This document shows positions 12,430 through 24,607 of a stretch of DNA of 63,944 bases, in pieces (within the stretch, counting starts at the first letter, position 1; each line of letters starts with the position of its first letter). The translations under genes were made by a program, and so were the position numbers. The notes beneath the pieces are model-generated. The model was not told where the DNA came from. It saw only the letters and a list, made by a program, of their open reading frames with translations, and did no database searches. This DNA is from Eledone cirrhosa (lineage: Eukaryota), in contig OZ024741.1 of NCBI GenBank assembly GCA_964016885.1, positions 194,804,057 through 194,868,000 of the forward strand. Direction: 5' to 3'.

Positions 12430-14500
12430 ATTTCAAACTAAACATAGCCTCGCATCGATCAATGCTTTGTGAGTGAAATCGTGGAGGTCGGATGGTTCAA
12501 CCACAATATTTGGTGGCTGTTCCTGTGGGAACCCCTTTAAAAGCCTGCTAGTTGCTCTTAGGTTAGGGGTTCCCACTCCAAAAGGAAAACTCTCCCTTAT
12601 GTCCATATAGGCAACGAGTGACATCCGTACCATTATCAGGTTTTTCGGCACTTTAAATGTGCTGGTGCTCCCTTTTCTTGGCTTCGTACTTTGAGGGCCA
12701 CCAATCTCACGTTGGCCCTTTTTATTAGCACGAAGTTTTGTGTGTTTTGTTGTTGTGGATGCGCTTGTTTGCGTTTGGGTGACTGTAGTGGTGGTAGTAT
12801 TGTTGTGGATGTGTCTGTTTGTTGTGAGTGTGGTGTCTGCGATTTCAGTTTTTTGTGTGCGATATTTGCGGTATTCTTTTTCTTGTGTTTTCTCTTTTGT
12901 TTCTTAGGTCTTTTTGGAAGATCCTCATATTCGCTGTGAGATTACGAGGTGTCTGTGTCTGATGGTTCCGTGGTTGTGTTTGTGTGGGTGTTAGTGTGTG
13001 TATTTGTTTGTGGATGGGGATGGGGAAGAGCTTTCTCCATCTTCCCTCTCGGTTGATATTATTGATGGTGCTGGTTTAACTGGTGGTGCTGTCTCTTTCA
13101 TAGTTGGTGCTGTCGGCGTTGGTGTTGTTGATTGTGGGGTTGCATGAACCTACCCCCAACATTGGCAGCCACCGAGGTTTGCGGCCTCCAGCATTTTTGA
13201 GCTGAAGAAAGAAGGCTCGCAAACGTATTGTTTCGTTGCGAACGTAACAGTGAGGCCTTTTGCCCCCAGTGACCACTTGTATAGCAGTCCTGTCCTGGAG
13301 GCAAATGTGATCCGGAATGTCTTTCAGCTGTTCCGGTGTGATTTGGAGAAGGCTCTCCAAACCCACCCCGGACCAGTCCTCTCGAGCAGTTTTGGTTACA
13401 TCTATGAGGGTGCTCTCCTTCTCAGTTTCTTTACTCCGAGCTATGAGGGCCATTAGTTTTTCGTTGGTCCTTTCTTTCTAGCACGAAGTTTTCAGTCGAA
13501 GTTGGTAGTTGCTATGGTTGTATACATAAAATAGGCCTTTTTACGCTCCGGGCGCTCGTGGAGGTTGGGTGGTTCCACCCCCATGTTTGGTGGGGTTTCT
13601 TTTGGGAACCCCTTTAAAAACCTGCTCGTTGCTTTCACATTAATGGTTCCTACGTCATGTGGAAATCTCTCCCTAATGTTTTTGTAGGTACCCAGGAACA
13701 TTATTACCATCACGTACCATCACGAGATCTAAATGTCCTGGTGCCAAAAATTTTCCCCACATTTTCGATTTCTTTGCCCCGTGCTATGAGGGTCATAGTT
13801 TATTTGTTTTTGTTGTGTTTGTGTTTTTGTTTTCTTTGCTCATTGTGGTTCTCTCTCGTCTTCGCTACGAGAAGACGAGGTCGCTGTGTCTGTTTCGGAT
13901 GTTTGTGTGTGTGTTTGTGTAGGTGTTAATGTGTGTACTTATTGTTTATGGGTTGTAGACAGGGAGTTGGAAAGCGTTCCTCATCTTGGGTTGATTCTGT
14001 CTTAGTTGTTGTCGTTGGTGGTTTAACTGCTGTTACTGTTGGTGGTGCTGCTGTCGCGGTTTTACGTCCCGGCACTGTTGTTGGTAGCCACGGAAGTTTG
14101 CGTTTTTTCCCCCAGCACTTTTTAGGGTAGAATGCTCGCAAATGTGTTGTTTCTCCGCAGATGAAGCAGTGAGGTCTTCAGGTCTCAGTGACCCCCATGT
14201 ATCACGGACCTGTCCTGAAGGCGAACATGGTCCGAGATGTTTTTATGCCCGTCCGGTTTGATTTGGAGAAGAATCTCCCAAAACATTCCTGGACCAGTCT
14301 TCTCTTGAGGTTTTTCTTACGTCTAGGAGAGTACCGAGAGTACCCTCGTCGATCACGCATCCCAGGAGCCACCAAGAATCCAGTCCTAGCGGGATCCTGA
14401 GAATGTGGACCTTCACTGCTCTTGATTTGTGTTGGCACTGTCTTGTGTGTCAGTTTTAATTTTATTTCCGTTGTTGCAGTAGTGGTGGTGGTCCCAGTGT
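12430..14500 (-). mobile_element. Two tandem degenerate L1/Tx1-like ORF1 (gag-like) relics
   Basis: REDWSGVGLESLLQ..IPDHICLQ..GKRPHCYV and RPHCFICGETTHLRAFYP (zinc knuckle) resemble ORF1 at 54156-54521. The C-terminal block IRE.FP..VG occurs twice (12433-12651, 13492-13713). Confidence 0.7.
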
Positions 14501-14501
14501 T

Positions 14502-14893
14502 GAATTTTTAAGGTTGTAACCAACGTCACACACCTAACCTCAGCAAAAGCAGAGGGAAGTAATCGATAATGCATCGGTTTTCGCTCTTTTGCATCTATCA
14601 AGACTACATATCTTCCCACTTCCACTGAGGTTAAAATAAACTAGAATCTTATAGATTTTTGCTTATGTTTATGAACTGATGAAACTCATTTGCATACGGA
14701 GCGGTAGCCGGCCAGGCTTAAATTAAAAAAATTGTACTGGTGGTCCAACATATATGTATCTATTATATATTGAATAATATACGGGGTGTTTATGAAAAAC
14801 ATTTGAGGGCCTTTCGCTACGAATTTTAAAGGTTGGTACCAACGTCACACACCAAACCTCAGTAAAATCAGGGGGAAGTATTCAACGCTGCAT
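14502..14893 (+). repeat. Diverged ~75-bp direct repeat (14502-14575 / 14821-14893)
   Basis: GAATTTT.AAGGTTG..ACCAACGTCACACACC.AACCTCAG.AAAA.CAG.GGGAAGTA..GCATC occurs twice. Confidence 0.85.
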
Positions 14894-14897
14894 CAAT

Positions 14898-14956
<59 letters not shown>

Positions 14957-14974
14957 GTGTGTGTGTGTGTGTAA

Positions 14975-15648
14975 AAAGTAAACAGAAATAACAACACAAT
15001 CGGTATATATATATATATATATATAATGGAAAAATTTGAACAGGGACAAAACAGAGAGGCAGTACAATAAATGTTTATTAATTTCACGCTCAGGAGAGTG
15101 GGGGGTAAGTGGGGGACGACGTTTCGGGCATAAGCCCTTCCTCAGGTGAGAAGTGTGTGGGAACAGAGTTCAAAAGGTGTGTAGGGGAGTGGTGGAGAGA
15201 CATATAGCGAAAGGAAACGGTGCGAATGAAAAAAAACAAATAGAGATAAAAAATAAAAATAGGCAAAGAATCTTATACGGAAAAAAAATGTACGGTAACA
15301 AAATCAAACAGAGGTAATGCGTGGAAGGAAAGACCAAGTGTGGGAAGGTATGTAAAGTTCGGAGAAAGGTCACGGCGGATTAGATCGGGGTTGAGCCGGT
15401 TGTTAAGTTATGTTCCAAGGATGGAAGCCGTGTGAGCGTGTATTATATATAATGGAAACATTTGAACAGGGACAAAACAGAGAGGCAGTACAATAAATGT
15501 TTATTAATTTTCCGCTCAGGAGAGTGGGGGGTAAGTGGGGGACGACGTTTCGGGCATAAGCCCTTCCTCAGGTGAGAAGTGTGTGGGAACAGAGTTCAAA
15601 AGGTGTATATATATATATATATACCGATTGTGTTGTTATTTCTGTTTA
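14975..15648 (-). mobile_element. PLE terminal structure: tandem pLTRs (15022-15180, 15449-15605), each with a minimal hammerhead, plus a short inverted flank
   Basis: Two near-identical ~158-bp direct repeats. Reverse complement CTGAGGA-aGGGCttatGCCC-GAAACGTC at 15115-15148 and 15541-15574. 14979-15006 is inverted at 15621-15648. Confidence 0.75.
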
Positions 15649-15828
15649 GAGCAAACATCACGGGCGCTCTATCTCAAAATTATTTTTGAAAATCATTAGA
15701 AATGCGCAACCGGTAAAAACTTAAAACCAAAACTGAATACTAACCAATACTTATTACTAATTTTTACTTATTCCTAATTAAACTATTTTTCACTGGGAAC
15801 AATTTCTCAGCATTTTCTTTTCCTTTTA

Positions 15829-15873
<45 letters not shown>

Positions 15874-16057
15874 CAAATAGTGAAAACAATGAAATTAAAC
15901 AAAATACGGGTAATTCATAGTAAAACTCATTATTTTACGATCGTTTCTGGGGGTAGTTCTCCATATGTTCATTCTATTAGTGATCTATGTAAAATATATT
16001 ACAAACTATCAAAGTAAGAAAATATACATACGTCTTCCCTACTCGCCGTCTTCAGAA

Positions 16058-16358
16058 ATAATTGTTTCTACATTTTGGCACAAGGCCAGCAATTATCTCA
16101 GTACATTACTGGTACTTTATTTTATCGACCCCGTAAGGATGAAAGGCAAAGTTAACCTCGGCGGGAATTGAACTCAGATCGTAAAGGGCCGTAACTATGC
16201 TGGAAAGCATGGCGTCCAACCTTCTACCGATACTGCCAATTCAGAAATAATTGTTTCTACTTTTGGCACAAGGCCAGCAATTATCCCAGTGTATTACTGG
16301 TACTTTATTTTATCGACCCCGTAAGGATGAAAGGCAAAGTTAACCTCGGCGGGATTTG
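16058..16358 (-). mobile_element. Two tandem family-A SINE copies
   Basis: Same sequence as 9628-9816; the second copy is truncated at the B box. Confidence 0.9.
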
Positions 16359-17056
16359 ACAGAAATAATGAGTTTTGTTTATTGAAGAATATAAAAACGT
16401 ATGAATAAGTAACCTTTTAAGAACAAGGTTGAGATTGACCAATAGTAAAAATAGGAAGGGGCAATATAGATGATTAAGCTGGTAGTAGTAGATGAATAAA
16501 TTAGCAGTCAGGGGATGAGCTATTGAATGACCCTTAAGAAAAGAAAGTTGTGAGTGTAAAGGAATTTAAACAGATTGTATAGACATTTCAGAAAAGTGTG
16601 GACGTCAAGGAAGATTAAAGTTGGAGGAAAAGGGGTGCCGATATCGGTGTGTTATATCCAGTAGAATAGTATAGAACAATCCTAAATATTTGTTATTTCT
16701 TTGTTCAAGAGGAATAATTTGTTCTAAAAATAGAACAAGTAGAGGAATATAGATGTAACCAAAGAAAAGTAAAAAGTAGATAAAAAAATATATAGGTAAG
16801 AAAATAATAAAATTTGTGTAAGTATTGTATTGTGTTAGAGTGGTCAGAATGAAGTTTTACCTGTAGGGAATTTTATTTTCGAATAAGAAATCTCATTAAT
16901 AATCTGGTTTTCTTAATAGGTTTAACTGTATGTCTGTTAAAGTTTTGTTAGAGTGTTGAATATAATATAATATAATATATAGCACTCATTAATAGTTAAT
17001 TATTTAAAACAGTTATAGGGATGAAATATAGGATTGAATCATGGAATAATTCTAAT

Positions 17057-17126
<70 letters not shown>

Positions 17127-17224
17127 AGTAGAAGGGATATTTAATTTGTTGGAAATAGAACAAATAAATATAAATTTTTATAACTGATTCAAAGCACTCG
17201 ACAGCTTTCTGGAGTAAATATTCA

Positions 17225-17502
17225 ATGATATTAAATAAATGGAAACTATATTTATAAAACCATATTTATTCTATTATATATATTTCAAGGGTACCAAAAA
17301 TTTTGGTACGCTATCATCTGATAAAATACAAAATGTTTTATAAATATTTGACATGACCAAGGATAATATACCTTAACGGTTCAAGTTTCCAGGGATAACT
17401 TGTCCCGTTATGTCAAATATTTATAAAACATTTTGTATTTTATCTGATGATAGCGTACCAAAATTTTTGGTACCCTTGAAATATATATAATTGAATAAAT
17501 AT

Positions 17503-17505
<3 letters not shown>
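17225..17505. mobile_element. Inverted pair of PLE pLTR fragments, each with a hammerhead
   Basis: 17260-17355 is the reverse complement of 17409-17505. The + copy at 17437-17496 reads ATTTTAT-CTGATGA-tagcGTACCAAAA.TTTTGGTACcctt-GAA-ATATATAT-A-AT(T/A)GAAT. Confidence 0.75.
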
Positions 17506-17550
<45 letters not shown>

Positions 17551-17555
<5 letters not shown>

Positions 17556-20500
17556 ATACTTGGGGAGGGTCATATTTGTGTAATATTGCCAGAATTAATA
17601 ACAGAACACACTCACTGTTTGGTTGGTTTTCGCTTTTCGCTTCTGTGTCTTTTATATCGGTAATCAAATTTATGCGGTCCTCAATGTTGCCATTGACTGA
17701 CCAACGGTAAAAAATAATACAGATACAATATAGACACAAACACATATATATAGTTTATCAAAGTTCTTTCGTTGCACATCTGCAACATCGTCAGTGGTGC
17801 TATAGATTCCTCCCGTTGCATTGTATTTCTACGCCATCTTTATTTAGTCTGTTTATATATTTATTTATTTATTTGTTTGTTTGTTTATTTTATTTTGTCT
17901 TCTTTGCGCATGCGTTTGCGTGCGTGTATAGTGTTTTGTTTGATGTGTGTTCGTGATTGGGTGACTGTGTATTGGTTAATGTGTTCTATGTTTACTAGTG
18001 TGTGTTTATATGTGTTTGTTGTTATTGTGTTTGTGTATGTATTTATTTATTTATTTATCTATTTATTTATACTTCTCTTAGGTCAGTGTTGTTTGTTTGG
18101 GTGTTGTTATTCCATTCATTCTTTCTGTTTAGTCTTGGCTTTCTAAGTTCTATTTCACTGGCCTCTCTGATTTGCCTATCTGCTGGGTCATTTCTATGTT
18201 TAGATATTATTCTAATTTCTATGTTGTCTATGTTACCGTCGTGTTGTTGTCTGGCATGTTCGTATAGTACTGAACCGTTTTTTCGTCCTTTTAGTTCCCC
18301 CCAGTGTTGGTCTATCCTTTCACCTATGCTACGAGCTGTTTCGCCTATGTATGTTGTCATGTTTCTGCAAGTACCCTCTGTACATCTTATGCTATAGACT
18401 AAGTTTCTAGTTTTACAGTTTATCCGATATATGATACACTTCCTATTAGTACAGTGGGTTTTCTTAAAAGGGTAGGTTTTGCTGATCAGGGATTTTATGG
18501 TGGTTCCTGGCTTTTCTACCACCTTAATCTTTAAGTGGGTCTTTCTCAGGGCCTTTCTACACTGGTTAGCTAATTTCCTTCCAGGGGTAGCGTCCACAAA
18601 CATGACACTCTGGTATCTCTGGTTGTCGTACCATGAGGTGGCTTTCCCTATCTTATATCTAGCCCTATCTAAGCTATTCCAGGATTTGCTCCTGTATAAA
18701 GGGCAAATTCCTTTCATGTCCAGTTCTATGAGGGTCTTATACTTCTCCATGGCTCCTTCGTATACTCTGACTTTGTCTCTTTGGTTGTAGCCAGAGAACT
18801 GCATTCGGATGATGAAGTGTTGGATGTGTCTTTCCATTTCTGTTGGGTCACACATTCTTCATCACTCGTACCAAACCTGCGATCAGAATATTAAACTTAG
18901 CACTACTGGATATTGCTGAGTTTTTGAGTATCAGGTATTTGGAGGCCATGGGTTTAGCATAGTGTGAGTGGAGAATTTGGGCTCTCTCGTCTATAGTGTT
19001 AATCCAGAGTTCCGTGTCTAATACAGGTAGTCTATTGTTAGGGTGTTTGGAAGGGTAGTCGATAGTTACAGTTATACTCTGGTGTATGGAATTAGCTATC
19101 TGCTGGATGCTTTCCATTGTGCTACGTTCTAAATCAAACTTGTTAGTGCTCTCTAGTGGGGATGTTCTTATAACTATATTGATATCGTCTACGTAACGAG
19201 AGTACATGATGAGGTCTATGGAGCTCTCATTAAGGAGATCTTTAAGTCTCCTTTCCCACCATACCATAAAAAGGTTGGCAACATCACCAGCTATGCTGAC
19301 GCCAATGGCTGCTCCCTCATTTTGGGTGTAGATCTTCTCGTTGAACTTGAATATGTGGCTCTTTAGGGTAGTTTTGATACTAGCCCCTATTGCATGTGCG
19401 ACCATTTTTCTTACCTGATCATTGTTTTGGGGGGTCCGTATAGCTTTGGTCCACCCAATCCACCTTCCCATGGGAGTCTTTTTTGCCATGGAGGTTATGG
19501 TGGGGGTGGGGGGGGTCTACCTCTTATGGGTCTACTAGGGCAGACACGTCTAAGGTCATGGCTGTCTAGGTAGTCAGTGTCGTAGGTAAGTCTAAGTAGG
19601 AGGCCCAGTTCGTCTGTGTCGACGTCGCAGAACTCCACCTCACTCTCAATGATCATCTCCACACATTTTTCCACAGCAAAATCAATGTTAATGGATGGGT
19701 ACAGTGATACCACATCCATGCTGCCTATTATGCAGTTGGATAGGTTCCTGTTTTTGTTGTTGTTGCACTCACTGATTCTGCTGAGGAGGTCCTCTGTACT
19801 GTCACATACATCTGGGGACATCTTGATTATGGGGCGTATAACCATTGAGAGGAAGTAGGAGATCCTATAGTTGCTAGCTATATTAGCTCCGCATACGGGT
19901 CTTGTTGGTGGTCCTGTTGTCGGGTCGTCGACTGTCTTGTGGTCTTTGCGGAGCCCATACAAGGATGGTATGCCATTGTTAGACGCCTGGAAGTTGTAGG
20001 CAGTGCTTCTGCTTGGCTTTAGGATGTCAGTCCACATCATCATGTGAGCGTTGAGGATTTTCTCTCTCCTATCATGTGTTTGCTGTGCAATTTCACTCGT
20101 GTTGGTGATGTGGGGTTGCATAGCCTTGATGTAGTTCGGCATGCTATCTATTGACATACTACCCGACTTATCCGTGGGTAGACATACTACCTCACCATCC
20201 CTTGTGCGCTGCTTGAGGCTAACCAAGCCTTCTACAGGTTTCCTCCCAAGTTGTTGGGCCTCTGGTCTGCTCTGTCTCTTAGTATACCGGTCTACTATTT
20301 GTCTAATCTTATTTCTAGCTATGGTGAACTGTGCCTCTGTCTCGTCATCTATTTGTTGTGGTATGCAAACTCTTTTATTAAAGGGTAACCTCGTCGGATA
20401 GATATTACCCATCTTATATGTTTTGTCAGCTGGGTTGAAAAATAGTTTCTCTCAGGGGTTGTCATTATATCTATCGTCATAGTTGTGTGTGTTGCTATTA

Positions 20501-21109
20501 TTGTTATTATGGTGGTTGTTGTTGTTCCTATCATTAGCATTATTATTATTGTTATGATTGCTAGATGTATTGTTGCTGCTGTGATTGTTGTTTACTTCAC
20601 CGTTATTGTTGTTGTGACTGTTATTTCCTCCATTGTGGTTGTTACTTTTATCATGTTTCTTGTTTTTGTTGTGTCTATCATTAATGTTGCTACATGTATT
20701 ATTTCCATTATTTCCACTGTGGTTGTTGTTGTTGTTGTTCGTATTGTTACCGTTATTACTACTGTGGTCGCTGCTGCTGTGTCTGTGGTTAATGTTTCTA
20801 TTATTATTATTATTGTGGTTGTTGTTGTTGTTCTGTCTATTGTTAGTATTATTACCATTATTACTATTTCTCACTCTCCTGCTATTGTTATTGTTATGGC
20901 TGTTATTTCTATACTCAGAGTTATTGTTTATATTACTACTACCGTTATTATTGTTGTTATTGTTGTTGTTTACCTTTGCATTCCAACGTATTTTTGTGAA
21001 ACACTTTTCCAGCTCCGTTTTGCACTCAATAAGGTTAATCTTTTTGTAGATGGCAAATTTTGGTGGTAGCTGCAGGATTTGTTGTTCTTGTTCACTGATT
21101 AAAGTGTTC

Positions 21110-21110
<1 letters not shown>
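17551..21110 (-). mobile_element. Penelope-like retroelement (Naiad-like), near full length and frameshifted: RT plus C-terminal GIY-YIG endonuclease
   Basis: N-terminal ILQLPPKF; RT motifs PTDKSG, PSLYGLRKDHK, TRPVCG, GSMDVVSLYPSI, YTQNEGAAIG, YSRYVDD, LPVLD; GIY-YIG motifs NLVYSIRC..YIGETARSIGERIDQH..RQIREA..LNRKNEW. Frameshifts near 20455, 19495 and 18850. Confidence 0.92.
17756..17799 (-). ncRNA. Hammerhead motif in the 3' pLTR of the Naiad-like PLE (stem I partly decayed)
   Basis: Reverse complement: CACCA-CTGACGA-tGTTGCAgatgTGCAAC-GAAAGAACTT-TGAT. Stem II is 6 bp, located ~270 nt past the stop codon. Confidence 0.65.
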
Positions 21111-21153
<43 letters not shown>

Positions 21154-21314
21154 ATAATAATAAATTTGAAGACTAAAATCCAAAGAGGGCTCGATAAGGA
21201 TAAATATATATCAAATATATAAGAACCGTAGAGCAAATATTTATTAAATATATATATATATATATATATATATTTAATATATATATATTGTGAAATATTG
21301 TGTTTTTTTTGGGT

Positions 21315-21716
21315 TGTAACTTCTCTGTTTTTTAGCCTAGGAAAATATATATATATGCCTACGTATATAACTACATACATATATGTATTTATTTTCTTTT
21401 ATTAATTGAGTTCTTTACACGAGGAATTAATATTGGTTTTGAAACAACTAATTAACCCACGTGTGTTTTATATTTTACTCTTAATAATTCCCATTTGCCC
21501 TTTATAGCATAACTTTCTGCATTTACTGCGGTTATGAGAAGCGGTTCTTATTCGGGTACAACTTCTGATTTAGCCTAAGAAAATATCTATATGCGTGTGT
21601 AATGTATACAAACATATATTTATTTTTTTATTTTCAATTGAGTTCTTAAACACGTTGGATTGATAATGTTTTCAAAAAAACTAATTCACCCGCGTGTATA
21701 TTATTTTTTTCCTCAT
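21315..21716 (+). repeat. Diverged tandem duplication (~165-bp units at 21315 and 21557)
   Basis: Collinear shared blocks TTTAGCCTA.GAAAATAT.TATAT, AATTGAGTTCTT.A and AACTAATT.ACCC.CGTGT. Confidence 0.75.
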
Positions 21717-22413
21717 TTCGTGAGTTGTCTCCCCTTCCCGCTTCGTGTCGCTATGATACTTCCTCAGTCAAAAACTGCTGGAATTTCAAATTTGGCGGTC
21801 ATTCGAGGCGAGAGAGAGCTACTTTACGGACATGATTTTTGACAGCGGTAAGAAATTGTTTTCTTATATCAATGTTTAATGGGCATCCACTGATGATTTA
21901 TAAGTGCCCACCTAAATATATTCTTGCATGAATATATATTAGGCTTCTACATAAACTGGAAACATTCTCCCAAACTTGTAGAAAACGTATAATGAAACAA
22001 TTGTTTGGAAAGAGAGATATACTTTAACTTTAATTATATCTCATAAAATAATACAACTGGTTTTTCCACATTATACATATTGTTAGCACCCCAAACACTT
22101 AAATTGGGTTTATATTTTAATATAACCTAATGTTTGTTGAGTGAGATGGTTACCAGTCAGAGTTTAGCTTTAAACTATCTCTGTTATTGTATTAAATATA
22201 TATATATATATATATAAACTCGAGTCCGCGAACCTTATAGGCACCTGTTTTACGTGTGTTGTGTTGAGGCAAATAACTATGTGTATACTCTGGTAATGTA
22301 TCTTACATTGCCCATTGAGTGCGCTGAGATACAACCGGTACTGGCATTGATAAATATGCTGGGTCCGTCAACCCTTATTATATATATATATATACATTTA
22401 TTTATTTTTCTAT

Positions 22414-22452
<39 letters not shown>

Positions 22453-22689
22453 TATGTGTGTATGTATGCATGCATGTATGTGTATGGATGTATGTATATG
22501 GTCGTCACATGGTTTATATTTGTGCATGTATAACAGGATGCATCCTTCCATGGATGACTCTGTATGACCTTTTGTGCAGATGTATATAGCTGTCAGTATA
22601 TCACATTGTACATGTGTGCGTATATGTGTCTCTGTGGATGTACGTGGACACGGAGGTAATTGGGTGCGTATTTGTTAAAATGTATATGA

Positions 22690-22818
22690 GCCAGTGCGTG
22701 TGTGTGTGCGTGTGTGTGCGCGTGTGTGTGGGTGTCTGCGTATGTGTGTGTAGGTGCACCTACATATGGTAGGGATTGTTTGTGAGTATGTTGTGTGCGT
22801 GTGCATACACATATATGT

Positions 22819-22876
<58 letters not shown>

Positions 22877-23330
22877 ATGTGTGTGTGTATGTGTGTATGT
22901 GTCTTTGGGAGCGTGTCTGTCTTTGTGACTCTCTATAAGGACAGGCGTGTATATGTGCGTGTGTGTGTCTATGTATATGTCTGTACGTGTTTGTGTATAT
23001 GAGCAAATGTACGCGTACGCAGGTATGTGTCCTTGTATGCGTGTACGTGTGCGTGGGTGTGTGTGCGCGTGTGCGTGCGCGTGAGAGCGGATGTAGGAGG
23101 CCATATAGGCAGGCGCCTGTGGACGTGTATGTTGGTATGTATATAGTTGTAGGCGTGTGTGGGTGTGTGTGTGAGAAAGAGTGTGTATGTATATGTATGC
23201 GGGTGTATATTCGTACATATGAGTGTGTACATATGTGTATGCGTATATATGTACGTGTGCGCGTGTGTATGTATGTGTATGCGTATATATGTGTGTGTGT
23301 ATGTGTGGGTATATATGTGTGTGTGAGCGA
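22690..23330. repeat. Compound (TG/TA/CG)n low-complexity tract
   Basis: Mixed dinucleotide repeats; source of the H/T/Y/I-rich ORFs. Confidence 0.95.
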
Positions 23331-23525
23331 ACTTGTGAAATACCAAACCCAGCATGAGTCCATTAAAGTGTGTCGGACGGAGGGTAGCTGATGGCCAGTT
23401 TGGCAGCAAATATTGACCAGAATTTATGATGACGTAGAAAAACAACAGCCAATGGCAAGACAGGAGAGGAAGATGTTTTTTGAAGCTAACACCCCATCGA
23501 GAAAGTTTGTTCCGAAAGTATTGCA

Positions 23526-23615
23526 TGTGTCCGAAGACTATGCAGTCTAGAATCAGACAGATCCAATACAATGATCCTGTCTCGAGCTATCTGCCGGCGA
23601 AACAATTGTAACACA
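23526..23615 (+). ncRNA. Hammerhead ribozyme motif with a CCGAAGA core and ~60-nt stem II domain
   Basis: TGTGT-CCGAAGA-ctatGCAG..AGACAGATC..GATCCTGTCT..CTGCcggc-GAA-ACAATTGT-A-ACACA, followed by AATAAA and (TA)n. Confidence 0.7.
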
Positions 23616-23659
23616 CAATAAACTGAGTCCAGTTGCATCACTGATTTTTCGTTTTATAT

Positions 23660-23723
<64 letters not shown>

Positions 23724-24533
23724 ATCATTTTACATATATGTACTCTGTGTTTTTGCATTTATTCACTATTGTCTCTGTTCTTTTCTTTTCTTTTGTGTAC
23801 TTTATGTCTGTTTTTCTTTGACTCTGTTCCATGTGATGGGAAGTATGACCGTGTAACGGATTGACTAATGCCTTGAACCATGTGGTTTGCCCTCCGTTAT
23901 AATGTACGGCACTGCCGTTCAATATCTGTAACACTAGAATCCCTCCCAGAACATATTACTTAAACATCTCTCTCCATATTATTTACTCACTTCAATCTAT
24001 ATCTTTACTCAATCCGAATTATCACTTGAAAAACATTTTTGAATTTAGAATTTTTGAATTCTTTATTGTTTAATTTATAATCTCTGATATTTGATTTAGG
24101 ATTTTAACTTTTAATTTTAATTTTTATTCCCAACTCTCACTCTTAACTTACTATGTAAAACCATAGTACCTAGAATTAAGTTTATTTTCCCTTATGAGTT
24201 GATGGTCAGTCTTACTGTCAACGCTTAGTGAAAGGTAGTATTATGACCTATAAAAACTAACACCCTCCCATCCCCTCTGGCTTTCGGCTGACTGCCACAG
24301 TAGCGATGGGTAGCAGTAAACTTTGGCAAGGCATAGGTGGGCCACTGACAGCGAATTTCGTTGAAATCTGCGGTGCTAATGGTCAACTTCCTTCGGACAT
24401 GCGCTTGCGCAGACCGGTGGGGGTGAATTGGTACTCACAAGGGAACGGATGGAAAACCCAAAAGCACGAACTTCATCCGTTCCCATGTCGATTCAATTTG
24501 GATTGCCTCGGAAACAACCTTATTATGTAACAA

Positions 24534-24607
24534 GCTGTCTGATGATGTCACGACACTCGCACACAGAACAGTGTGGCCAGTGTCGTCATTGAAATATATA
24601 TCACAGC
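24534..24607 (+). ncRNA. Hammerhead ribozyme motif with a canonical core and extended stem II
   Basis: GCTGT-CTGATGA-tgtcACGACAC..ACAC..GTGT..GTGTCGTcatt-GAA-ATATATAT-C-ACAGC. Stem I is 5 bp, with an AUC triplet. Confidence 0.8.

Noticed and set aside
16380-17060. Strand-biased AT-rich region resembling a PLE ORF relic
   Set aside because: No diagnostic protein motif could be read.
18840-18860. In-frame TGA in the Naiad-like ORF as possible selenocysteine (reported for some Naiads)
   Set aside because: Homology continues in a different frame, so this is a frameshift or deletion. No TGA appears at the Cys positions of the GIY-YIG region.
22593-23571. Long ORFs rich in H/T/Y/I/C/V (also 58810-59399, 6397-6726, 32427-32744)
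   Set aside because: They are translations of dinucleotide and tetranucleotide microsatellites, not genes.
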